This document shows positions 55,090-64,000 of a stretch of 64,000 bases of DNA, in pieces; position 1 is the stretch's first letter; each line of letters opens with the position of its first letter. The notes beneath the pieces were generated by a model. That model was given only the letters and a program-made list of their open reading frames with translations. It was not told the origin of the DNA and did not search any database. Source of the stretch: Acidobacteriota bacterium (GTDB lineage: Bacteria; Acidobacteriota; Thermoanaerobaculia; Gp7-AA8); contig JAFATB010000023.1 of assembly GCA_019244185.1 (NCBI GenBank), positions 288,001 to 352,000 of the forward strand, read 5' to 3'. The position numbers were made by a program, and so were the translations under genes.

Positions 55090-55629
55090 GTGCGTGCGCT
55101 TCTCTTCACGTTGTGCGTTGCAGCGTTCGCGACGACGCTCGCGGCCGCACCGCGTCCCGACATCGAGAACCTCGCCGCCACCGCCGCGCGGGGCAAGGTC
55201 AGCGTGAAGTTCACACTGCGCGCGGCATTCTCCAACAGCGAGATGGTCGAGGCGCTCAAGAGCGGCCTGCCGACGACGTTCACGTACGTCGTCGAGGTCT
55301 TCCGCGATCGCCCGAACTGGTTCGACGACACGCTCGATCGCGCGCGCATCGAAGTCAGCTGCACGTTCAACTCGATCACGCGCGAGTACCTGCTCAGCTA
55401 TCGCCGCGACCGCCATCTCGTCCGCTCGGAGTCGTTCACCGATCTCGCCGCGCTGCAGCAGCGCATGACCACCGTCGACGAGCCGGACCTCTTCGACGTC
55501 GACGGCTACAAGCCGTACAAGCTGAAAGTCCGCGCGAAGGCCGACCTCATGCGCGGCTGGCTGTTCTACGTGATCCCGTGGGACGTGACCACGCGCTGGC
55601 GCGAGGCGCGCGTGAAGGCGGCGGAGTGA
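55090..55629 (+). CDS. DUF4390-like exported protein
   Basis: Signal peptide, EALKSGLP.TF.Y, FNSITREY; typical position upstream of ntrY-like kinases. Confidence 0.75.
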   Translation: MRALLFTLCVAAFATTLAAAPRPDIENLAATAARGKVSVKFTLRAAFSNSEMVEALKSGLPTTFTYVVEVFRDRPNWFDDTLDRARIEVSCTFNSITREYLLSYRRDRHLVRSESFTDLAALQQRMTTVDEPDLFDVDGYKPYKLKVRAKADLMRGWLFYVIPWDVTTRWREARVKAAE

Positions 55630-55633
55630 CGCG

Positions 55634-57727
55634 ATGAAGCTGCGCGACGCACTGCTGCGCTATCGCAAGGATCCGCGCTTCATCATCTCGGTGCCGCTGG
55701 TGATCCTCGCGGCGACGAGCCTCGTCTACTACGCGACGCAGCAGGCGAAAGAGCTGTCGCCCGAGGCGTTGAGCAGCCAAGTGCTGCTGTTCGTCTTGTC
55801 GAACATCAACCTGCTGCTGATCATCGGCATCCTCTTCGTGCTGCTGCGCGGGTTCGTCAAGCTCGTGCTCGAACGGCAGCGCGGCATCATCGGCTCGCGG
55901 TTCCGCACGAAGCTCGTCGTGACGTACGTCGCCACGTCGCTGCTGCCGGTCGTGCTGCTCTTCCTCGTCGCCACCGACCTTCTGCGCGTGTCGATCGACC
56001 GCTGGTTCGCGACGCCGGTGCGGAAGATCCTCGAGAACAGCGAGGCCATCGCGCAGCGCGCGCAGGATCAGGCCGCCGACATCGCCACCGGCGCCGCGCG
56101 CGAGATCGCCGCGAATCCCGCCGCGCGCGACGCGGCGCACATCGACGACGTGCTCGCGCACGTGCGGCAGTTCCACGGCGTGGACATGGTCGGCGTCTAC
56201 CGCGGCGGCATTCTCGTGAAGGCGCAGGCGAATCCGCGCGCGCCGATTCAGGAAGTCACCGATCCGTCGTCGCGCTTTCTCGAAGAGGTCGCCCAGAAAG
56301 GCCGCGCCGTGAAGATCGACGTCATCGCCAGCGGCAAGTGGATCCGCGCCGGCGTGCCCCTCGGCGGCGACGCGCAGGACGTCGCCATCGCCGGCGTGTT
56401 CATCCCCGCGTCCGTGTCGCGGATGATCGACGAGTCGATCATCGCCCACAAAAACTTCCAGCAGCTGCACTCGCAGCGGCAGACGCTGAAGGCATCGCAG
56501 ACGATGCTCTTTCTCGCGGTGACGCTGGCCATTCTCTTCGGCACGTTGTGGACCTCGATCTACGCGTCGCGGCGCATCACCGTGCCGATCAAAGCGCTCG
56601 CCGAGGCGACGTCGCTCATCGCCGAAGGCGGCGTCGGACATCGCATCGAGGTCGCGGCCACGGACGAAGTCGGACGCCTCATCGAATCGTTCAATGACAT
56701 GTCGTCGCAGCTCGCGTCGCAACGGCGCGAGCTCACGGATACGAACCGCTTCATGACCACCGTGCTCGAGAGCGTGAGCACCGGCATCCTCGCGTTCACC
56801 GACGAGCTCGAGCTGCTGTCGATCAACCGCGCCGCGCTGCAGATGCTGCAGCTCGATCCGCCGCTCCCCGGCACGCCCCTCGGCACGCTGCTGCGCGGCG
56901 AGCTCGCGCCGGTGGCGATGGCGCTGCAGGAGCTCACCGTCGGTCCGCCGCGCTCGCGCGAGGTCGCGCTCATCGTGCACGGCGAGCTGCACTACCTCGA
57001 GCTCTCCGCCGCGCGGCTCTCCGGCGGCGGCGGCTCCGGCTGGGTGCTCGCCATCGAGGAATCGACGCAGCTCGTGCAGGCGCAGAAGCTCGCCGCGTGG
57101 AACGAAGCCGCGCGCCGCATCGCGCACGAGATCAAGAATCCGCTGACGCCGATCCAGCTCTCCGCCGAGCGCATGGCCAGGAAATTCGGGAAGAACGAGC
57201 CGGCGATCGAAGAAGGTTGCCGCACGATCGTCACCGAAGTCAGCCAGCTCACGCGGATGGTCGACGAGTTCTCGCGCTTCGCGCGCATGCCGGCCATTCA
57301 TCTGCGGCACGCGCAGCTCGCGGACATCCTGCAGCAGGCCGCGAGTCTCTATCGCGACACGAAGCGCGGCGTGAGCATCGCCGTCGACGTCGCGCCGGAC
57401 CTCGAGCTGCTGATGGATCCCGAACAGATCCGCCGCGCGGTCGGCAACCTGCTCAAGAACGCGGTCGAGGCGACCGACGCCGGCGAGATCCGCGTCTCCG
57501 CGCGGCGCGCGCCGCACCGCGTCGTCATCGAAGTGGCCGATCCCGGCCGCGGCGTTCCCGACAACGACAAGGACAAGCTCTTTCTCCCGTACTTTTCGAC
57601 GAAAGGGCGCGGCACCGGACTCGGCCTCGCCATCGTCCATCGCATCGTCCGCGACCACGACGGACAGATTCACGTGCACGACAACCATCCGAAGGGAACG
57701 CGCTTCGAGATCGAGCTCCCCGCGTAA
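55634..57727 (+). CDS. ntrY: NtrY-like HAMP/PAS sensor histidine kinase
   Basis: SIDRWF, AWNEAARRIAHEIKNPLTPIQLSAER, NLLKNA, PYFSTK..GTGLGL. Confidence 0.9.
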   Translation: MKLRDALLRYRKDPRFIISVPLVILAATSLVYYATQQAKELSPEALSSQVLLFVLSNINLLLIIGILFVLLRGFVKLVLERQRGIIGSRFRTKLVVTYVATSLLPVVLLFLVATDLLRVSIDRWFATPVRKILENSEAIAQRAQDQAADIATGAAREIAANPAARDAAHIDDVLAHVRQFHGVDMVGVYRGGILVKAQANPRAPIQEVTDPSSRFLEEVAQKGRAVKIDVIASGKWIRAGVPLGGDAQDVAIAGVFIPASVSRMIDESIIAHKNFQQLHSQRQTLKASQTMLFLAVTLAILFGTLWTSIYASRRITVPIKALAEATSLIAEGGVGHRIEVAATDEVGRLIESFNDMSSQLASQRRELTDTNRFMTTVLESVSTGILAFTDELELLSINRAALQMLQLDPPLPGTPLGTLLRGELAPVAMALQELTVGPPRSREVALIVHGELHYLELSAARLSGGGGSGWVLAIEESTQLVQAQKLAAWNEAARRIAHEIKNPLTPIQLSAERMARKFGKNEPAIEEGCRTIVTEVSQLTRMVDEFSRFARMPAIHLRHAQLADILQQAASLYRDTKRGVSIAVDVAPDLELLMDPEQIRRAVGNLLKNAVEATDAGEIRVSARRAPHRVVIEVADPGRGVPDNDKDKLFLPYFSTKGRGTGLGLAIVHRIVRDHDGQIHVHDNHPKGTRFEIELPA

Positions 57728-57730
57728 GTC

Positions 57731-59077
<1,347 letters not shown>

Positions 59078-59117
59078 CGTGAAATAGAGCCCGCGGGCGA
59101 CGCGTTAGCGGCGTTGC

Positions 59118-59146
59118 TTGACAGCGGACCAGTCGCTGACTAAAGT
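59118..59146 (+). promoter_or_regulatory. sigma-70 promoter of tRNA-Gly
   Basis: TTGACA-N17-TAAAGT. Confidence 0.8.
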
Positions 59147-59158
59147 TCGCCGTCCAAC

Positions 59159-59234
<76 letters not shown>

Positions 59235-59247
59235 AACACCGATGATC

Positions 59248-59287
59248 CGAAGGGCCGCGACACGCAAGTCGCGGCCCTTCGCGTTTC
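59248..59287 (+). terminator. Intrinsic terminator after the tRNA
   Basis: 14-bp stem CGAAGGGCCGCGAC/GTCGCGGCCCTTCG, then CGTTTC. Confidence 0.75.
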
Positions 59288-59314
59288 GGGAGGTGGTACC
59301 TTCATGCTGCCGCC

Positions 59315-61114
59315 ATGACGGAACGGGCGAGCGGTTCGCGCTCCCGCAGCCTTGCGCCGGGGTTTCTCGTCGACGGGAAGTACGAGATCGTCGGACTTCT
59401 CGGAGCCGGAGGCATGGGCGAGGTCTACAAAGCGCGCCACGTGCACCTCGGCGCGTTCCGCTGCATCAAGGTCATGAAGCCGAGCCTCATGGCCAACGAG
59501 ACCTACAAGCAGCGCTTCCTGCGTGAGGCGCGCCTCGCGACGCAGATCCACCATCCGAACGTCGCGGCGATGCACGACTTCTCGATCCTCGGCGACGGCA
59601 CGAGCTACATGGTCGCGGAGTTCATCGACGGCACGACCGTGCGCCAGTGGGAAACCGCGAACGGCCGCTTCCCGCTCGCGCTCGCCGTCGAGGTGGCCGT
59701 GCAGGTTCTCAGCGGACTCGATCACCTCCACCGCCGCGGTCTCCTGCATCGCGACATCTCCGCCGACAACGTGATGCTGTCGTTCGACACTGACGATCGC
59801 CTGCTCGTGAAGATCATCGACCTCGGCGTTGCGAAAGACGTCTCGCGCGGCCAGGATCCCGACGCGAACCCCGACACGACGCAGGCCGGCGTGATGATCG
59901 GCAATCCGAAGTACATGTCGCCCGAGCAGCTCGGCGAGCTCGAACCGGGCGAGACGCTCGACGGCCGCACCGATCTCTACTCCCTCGGCATCGTGCTGTA
60001 CGAGATGCTGACCGGCGTGCCGCCGTTCTCCGCGCGCACGTCGAACGGCTACATCATCAAACATCTCACCGAGGCGCCGCCGACGTTCGCGGATGCAAAC
60101 CCGGGCCTCGATCTTCCCGCGGGACTCGAGGCCGTCGTGCAGCGCGCGCTCGCGAAACATCGCAATCAGCGCTTTCCGAGCGCGCGCGCCTTCTCGGATG
60201 CGCTGTCGCGCTACGCGTCGCCGGCGCAGGAAGGCTTTCTGCGTACCGAAGTGCCGACGCCCGGCACCGGCGCGGAAGAGGCGTGGCACAAGGCGACCGC
60301 CATCGACACGTACAACGCGCTGCGCGACTTTCGCGCGCGCTTTCCCGCGCATCGCGTGGAGGAAGCGACGAACGCGCTCGCCGAGCGACTCGGCTTCGAC
60401 ACCGCCGCGGCGATCGACACCGAAGACGCGTGGCTCGACTATCTCGAACGCTGGGGCGAAGACCGGCACGCCGCGCAGGCGCGCGAGCGGCTCGAGCACG
60501 TGAAGGCGCGCGAGGCGACGGCGTACAGCGTCGCGGTGGAGATGAAGAGCGCCGCCGCGTGGCGCGCGTACCTCGAGGAGTTTCCCGACGCGCGGCGCAG
60601 CGGCGAGGCGGAGTCGCATCTGCGCGAGGCGCTCGCGTTCGAGGAAGCGCGCGGCGTCGACACCGTCGCGGCGTGGGGACTCTTCCTCCTCAACTATCCG
60701 GCGGGCCTGCACGAGTACGCCGCGCGCGAGCGGCTCGAAACGCTCGAAGCCGCCGACGAGCGCGCGTGGGAAGACGCAAAAGCGCAGACCACGCCGGCGG
60801 CGCTGCACGCGTATCTGCAGGGACGTCCTGGCGGCAAGTACGCGGGCGACGCGGCGCGCGCGCTGGGACGCATGGCCATCGTCGAAGGCGACTTCGACGC
60901 CGCGTGGGAGAAGGGCACCGTCGCCGCGTGGGACGAGTACATCGCGGCGCATCCCGACGGCGCGCGCATCGACGATGCACGCACTTGCCGTCAGGAAGCG
61001 CAGGAGTACGAGCTCGCCGCGAGCATGAACACGAAGGTGATGTGGCGCGCGTTCCTCAAGGCGTGGCCGCAAGGGCGGCATCGCCTCGACGCCGAAGTGC
61101 GGCTGCGCAGCTGA
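59315..61114 (+). CDS. Hanks-type Ser/Thr kinase with seven C-terminal helical repeats
   Basis: LGAGGMGEVY, CIK, HRDISADN, DLG, YMSPEQ, DLYSLG; repeats of A(W/F)..A....T..AW..YL..(F/Y)P.G. Confidence 0.93.
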   Translation: MTERASGSRSRSLAPGFLVDGKYEIVGLLGAGGMGEVYKARHVHLGAFRCIKVMKPSLMANETYKQRFLREARLATQIHHPNVAAMHDFSILGDGTSYMVAEFIDGTTVRQWETANGRFPLALAVEVAVQVLSGLDHLHRRGLLHRDISADNVMLSFDTDDRLLVKIIDLGVAKDVSRGQDPDANPDTTQAGVMIGNPKYMSPEQLGELEPGETLDGRTDLYSLGIVLYEMLTGVPPFSARTSNGYIIKHLTEAPPTFADANPGLDLPAGLEAVVQRALAKHRNQRFPSARAFSDALSRYASPAQEGFLRTEVPTPGTGAEEAWHKATAIDTYNALRDFRARFPAHRVEEATNALAERLGFDTAAAIDTEDAWLDYLERWGEDRHAAQARERLEHVKAREATAYSVAVEMKSAAAWRAYLEEFPDARRSGEAESHLREALAFEEARGVDTVAAWGLFLLNYPAGLHEYAARERLETLEAADERAWEDAKAQTTPAALHAYLQGRPGGKYAGDAARALGRMAIVEGDFDAAWEKGTVAAWDEYIAAHPDGARIDDARTCRQEAQEYELAASMNTKVMWRAFLKAWPQGRHRLDAEVRLRS

Positions 61115-61120
61115 CCGACA

Positions 61121-61525
61121 TCACGCGCGCCAGACCCACGGCCGCTGCGCGTCCGCGATCGGGCGAAACGCGTCGGCGTAGTGCGTCACGCGAAAGCGCC
61201 GGCCGGTCCAGTAGAGCGACAGGATGTCGTAGCGCAACTGCAAGTCCGCGTACTTTGCGGCGTAGCGATCGCCGAGGCGGATGAGGCGCTCGCGTTTTGC
61301 ACGATCGACGGCTTCGTGTCCTTCGCCGGCACGCTCGGTCTGCCGCGTCTTCACCTCGGCGATGACGAGCGTCTTGCCACGGCGCACGACGAGATCGACT
61401 TCGCCCGCGTGCGAGCGCTCGTTCCGCGCGACGATCGCGTAGCCGCGGAAGCGATAGAACCACGCCGCGCGACGCTCGCCGCGCCGGCCGAGGATTGCGG
61501 GCGGAAGCGGCTTCGCGCCAAACAT
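61121..61525 (-). CDS. yraN: YraN family PD-(D/E)xK nuclease-like protein
   Basis: LGRRGE..A, RGY.IVARN, GEVDLV, AEVKTR, LRYD. Confidence 0.9.
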   Translation of the reverse strand: MFGAKPLPPAILGRRGERRAAWFYRFRGYAIVARNERSHAGEVDLVVRRGKTLVIAEVKTRQTERAGEGHEAVDRAKRERLIRLGDRYAAKYADLQLRYDILSLYWTGRRFRVTHYADAFRPIADAQRPWVWRA

Positions 61526-61527
61526 GG

Positions 61528-63330
61528 CTACTTGCGGTGAAAGTGGCGCTCGATGTCGAGGTGCTTGATGTCGACGATGATCGGGCGTCCGTGCGGACAC
61601 GCGAACGGATTCGACGACTGCAGCAGCTCCGACACCACGCGCGCCATCTCTTCGCCGGACAGCGGACGATGCACTTTGATCGCCGCCTGACACGCGAGCG
61701 ACGCGGCGATGCGCTCGCGCACGCGCGTCACGTGCGACGCTTTCTCCTCGCTCGACGCGTCGATCAGCTTGTGCAGGAACGAGTCGACGTCGTTGCGCAG
61801 CAGCTCCGCCGGCAACGCCGTGATCGCGAACGCGTTGCCGGAGAAGCGCTCGATGTCGAAGCCGACGTCGCGCAGCTCGCCGACGTGCGAGTCGAGCACC
61901 GCGCATTCGGCGGCGCCCGTCTCGTAGAGGATCGGCGTGAGGAGCTGCTGCGACACCGGCGCTCGCGCTTCGACGCGCGAGAGGTAGCGGTCGTACAGCA
62001 CGCGCTCGTGCGCGACGTGCTGATCGACGAGCCGCAGTCCGCCCGGCGCGTCGATGAGGATGTAGCTCAGGCGGTACTGGCCGATGACGCGCCCCTTCAG
62101 ATCGCCGAGCTGCGGCGCGGGCGCTTCGTCCTCGATTTCCACGGCCGCGCGCGGCGGCTGCACGATCGCTTCTTTCTGAAAGAGCGGCGTGAACTCCGGC
62201 GTCCAGCGCGGACCGCGCTCGTCGTAGCGCTGCGCTGGAAAGAGCTGCGGCGCGTACGCGGCCGAAGTCTGCGACGCGCCTGAGCGCGGCGCCTGCATGT
62301 CGAACGGCGACGGCGCGCTCTCGCGCAGCAATGCCGCGCCTTCTTCCGCGCCGCCGAGCGCGCGCTTGATCGCCTGCTCGACCGCGACGTGCACCTGCGA
62401 CGAATCGCGGAAGCGCACTTCCGTCTTCGCCGGATGCACGTTGACGTCGACGAGCTCCGGCGGGACGTCGAGAAAAAGAACGATCGCCGGATGTCCCTCG
62501 AAGTCGAACTGCTCGGCCGCGCGATTCGCGGCATGCGTCAGCACGCGGTCTTTGACGAGGCGCCCGTTGACGAAGAAGAACTGGTGGCGCCGCGAGCCGT
62601 AGCGCAGGCCGCGCGTCACGAAGCCGCTCACGCGCGCGGCGCCGATCTCCGAGGCGATCTCCTCGAGGTGCGGCGCGGCGTCGTTGCCGAGGATCTGCAG
62701 GACGCGCTCGCGTCCATCGGCGGCGGGCGCGAGGTCGAGCACGACGCGGCCGTTGTGCTCGACGCGGAACGCGCGCGAGGGGAGGGGCAGCGCGTACGAC
62801 GAGACGACGCTGACGATCGCGCGGAACTCCGCGTCGGCGCCGCGCAGGAACTTCCGGCGCGCGGGTACGTTCTCGAAGAGCTCGCGCACGGAGATCGTCG
62901 TGCCGCGGTCGCGCGCCGCGGGACGCACGCCGCGCGCGGCGGTGAGCGGATCGCATTCGATCTCCACCGCCTCGCCGCGCTCGTTGTCGGACGTCGTCAG
63001 CGTGAAGCGCGAGACGCTGGCGATCGACGGCAGCGCCTCCCCGCGGAAGCCGAGCGTGCGCACGCGCGTGAGGTCGTCGAAGACGCGGATCTTCGAGGTG
63101 GCGTGGCGTTCGAGTGCGAGCAGCGCGTCGTCGTGTGACATGCCGCAGCCGTCGTCGCGGATCTCGATGCGTTTGCGGCCGCCTTGTTCGAGGAGGATGT
63201 CGATGGTCGTGGCGCCGGCGTCGATCGCGTTTTCGACGAGTTCTTTGACGACGGACGACGGGCGTTCGACCACCTCTCCCGCCGCGATCTGATTGACGAG
63301 ATCGGTCGGCAGGACGTGGATGCGGGGCAT
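61528..63330 (-). CDS. mutL: DNA mismatch repair endonuclease MutL
   Basis: IAAGEVVERPSSVVKELVENAIDAG, GFRGEAL, DVNVHPAK, DQHVAHERVLYD, CPHGRP. Confidence 0.98.
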   Translation of the reverse strand: MPRIHVLPTDLVNQIAAGEVVERPSSVVKELVENAIDAGATTIDILLEQGGRKRIEIRDDGCGMSHDDALLALERHATSKIRVFDDLTRVRTLGFRGEALPSIASVSRFTLTTSDNERGEAVEIECDPLTAARGVRPAARDRGTTISVRELFENVPARRKFLRGADAEFRAIVSVVSSYALPLPSRAFRVEHNGRVVLDLAPAADGRERVLQILGNDAAPHLEEIASEIGAARVSGFVTRGLRYGSRRHQFFFVNGRLVKDRVLTHAANRAAEQFDFEGHPAIVLFLDVPPELVDVNVHPAKTEVRFRDSSQVHVAVEQAIKRALGGAEEGAALLRESAPSPFDMQAPRSGASQTSAAYAPQLFPAQRYDERGPRWTPEFTPLFQKEAIVQPPRAAVEIEDEAPAPQLGDLKGRVIGQYRLSYILIDAPGGLRLVDQHVAHERVLYDRYLSRVEARAPVSQQLLTPILYETGAAECAVLDSHVGELRDVGFDIERFSGNAFAITALPAELLRNDVDSFLHKLIDASSEEKASHVTRVRERIAASLACQAAIKVHRPLSGEEMARVVSELLQSSNPFACPHGRPIIVDIKHLDIERHFHRK

Positions 63331-63343
63331 GCCGCGATTCTAC

Positions 63344-63359
63344 AGGCACATCCGTTGCT
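63344..63359 (+). promoter_or_regulatory. sigma-54 promoter candidate for the small ORF
   Basis: AGGCAC-ATCCG-TTGCT, 12 nt before ATG 63372. Confidence 0.6.
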
Positions 63360-63371
63360 GCCTCGGCACGC

Positions 63372-63521
63372 ATGCGCCGTCTTGCTGCCGCCGTCGGAAT
63401 CGTGCTCGTCCTCGCTCTCGCCCTGACACTGCTCTGGTGCGTCTACGTGCACCACTCGCGCGCCGAGCCGTTCGAGCACGAAGACCGTGCGGTCGTGGCA
63501 CTACCTTCGCGCGCCGCGTGA
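63372..63521 (+). CDS. Unannotated 49-aa single-pass membrane or exported protein
   Basis: MRRLAAAVGIVLVLALALTLLWCVYVHHSRAEPFEHEDRAVVALPSRAA*; fills the gap between mutL and the BON gene and has its own promoter motif. Confidence 0.62.
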   Translation: MRRLAAAVGIVLVLALALTLLWCVYVHHSRAEPFEHEDRAVVALPSRAA

Positions 63522-63578
63522 ACAGCAAAAATTTCCCGCCGCTGCGCTAACTCTCTCGTAATCCTGATTCAGAAAAGC

Positions 63579-63594
63579 TGGCACGCTCGGTGCT
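63579..63594 (+). promoter_or_regulatory. sigma-54 promoter candidate for the BON gene
   Basis: TGGCAC-GCTCG-GTGCT. Confidence 0.65.
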
Positions 63595-63622
63595 CTATAG
63601 GCGATCAGGAGATACGAATAAC

Positions 63623-64000
63623 ATGAAGCGCATGATCGTCAGAGCCGCCGCAGCCGCCGCCTTTCTCCTTACGCTGAGCAGCGTGGCGCTCGCAGCAGAG
63701 CCAACCGCTCCCGCCACTACCATCGATCTGACCGACTCGTTCCGTGACTCCGCCACGGTCGACGGTCTTCAGGTTTACCAGCTCGCCGGCATCCTCATCA
63801 TCCGCGGCCGTACGACCGATCCCGCGCAGGCCGCGCTTCTCGCCGACCGCGCCCAGCAACTCGGTTACGCCCGCGTCGCGAACCTCGTGCAGACCGTGCA
63901 TGAGAGCGACGACAGCGCGCTGACCCGCGCGGCCGAACGCGAGCTGGCCATCCACCGCGCTCTCGACGGCTGCCAGTTCACGGTGCACTCCGAAAAGGGT
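63623..64000 (+). CDS. BON-domain (OsmY-like) exported protein; runs off the right edge
   Basis: AGGAG SD; MKRMIVR..VALA signal peptide; GILIIRGR..VANLVQ, DDSALTRAAEREL. Confidence 0.75.
   Translation, partial: MKRMIVRAAAAAAFLLTLSSVALAAEPTAPATTIDLTDSFRDSATVDGLQVYQLAGILIIRGRTTDPAQAALLADRAQQLGYARVANLVQTVHESDDSALTRAAERELAIHRALDGCQFTVHSEKG

Noticed and set aside
63496-63511. Extra sigma-54-like motif TGGCAC-TACCT-TCGCG
   Set aside because: It lies inside the 49-aa ORF and a better-placed motif exists at 63579, so it may be chance.

Overview
High-GC chromosomal window. The gene style suggests an Acidobacteriota (Thermoanaerobaculia-like) organism, which is inference only. Bases 1-21.3 kb hold a Wzx/Wzy-type exopolysaccharide cluster: asnB, three GT4s, a priming sugar transferase, a methyltransferase, an outer-membrane barrel, an APH-like kinase, flippase, polymerase/ligase, a Wzz-like protein, a propeller protein and a secreted beta-helix/FN3 protein under a c-di-GMP-I riboswitch. 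Two tandem secreted dimethylformamidase-beta-like paralogs sit within it, one of which has lost the predicted metal ligands. The rest is core and envelope genes: pcm, queD, a truncated Red-like trio, dprA, a peptidase-propeller-Omp85 operon, topoisomerase IB, three tandem GT-C paralogs, a pseudokinase-TonB fusion, mltG/ruvX, pilT, two pilins, glyA-folC-accD, an archaeal-type GAPDH homolog, smpB, lpxC, ntrYX-like TCS, tRNA-Gly, a Ser/Thr kinase, yraN, mutL and a BON protein. The strongest non-obvious signals are about 13 sigma-54-like (-24/-12) motifs, many placed to give near-leaderless transcripts, sigma-70 -10 boxes abutting start codons, two genes that seem to need non-canonical starts (AUA, CUG), an unannotated 49-aa membrane protein, and a heptamer-armed palindromic repeat family. 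No CRISPR array, prophage or IS element was seen. All calls come from reading the sequence by eye; no searches were run.
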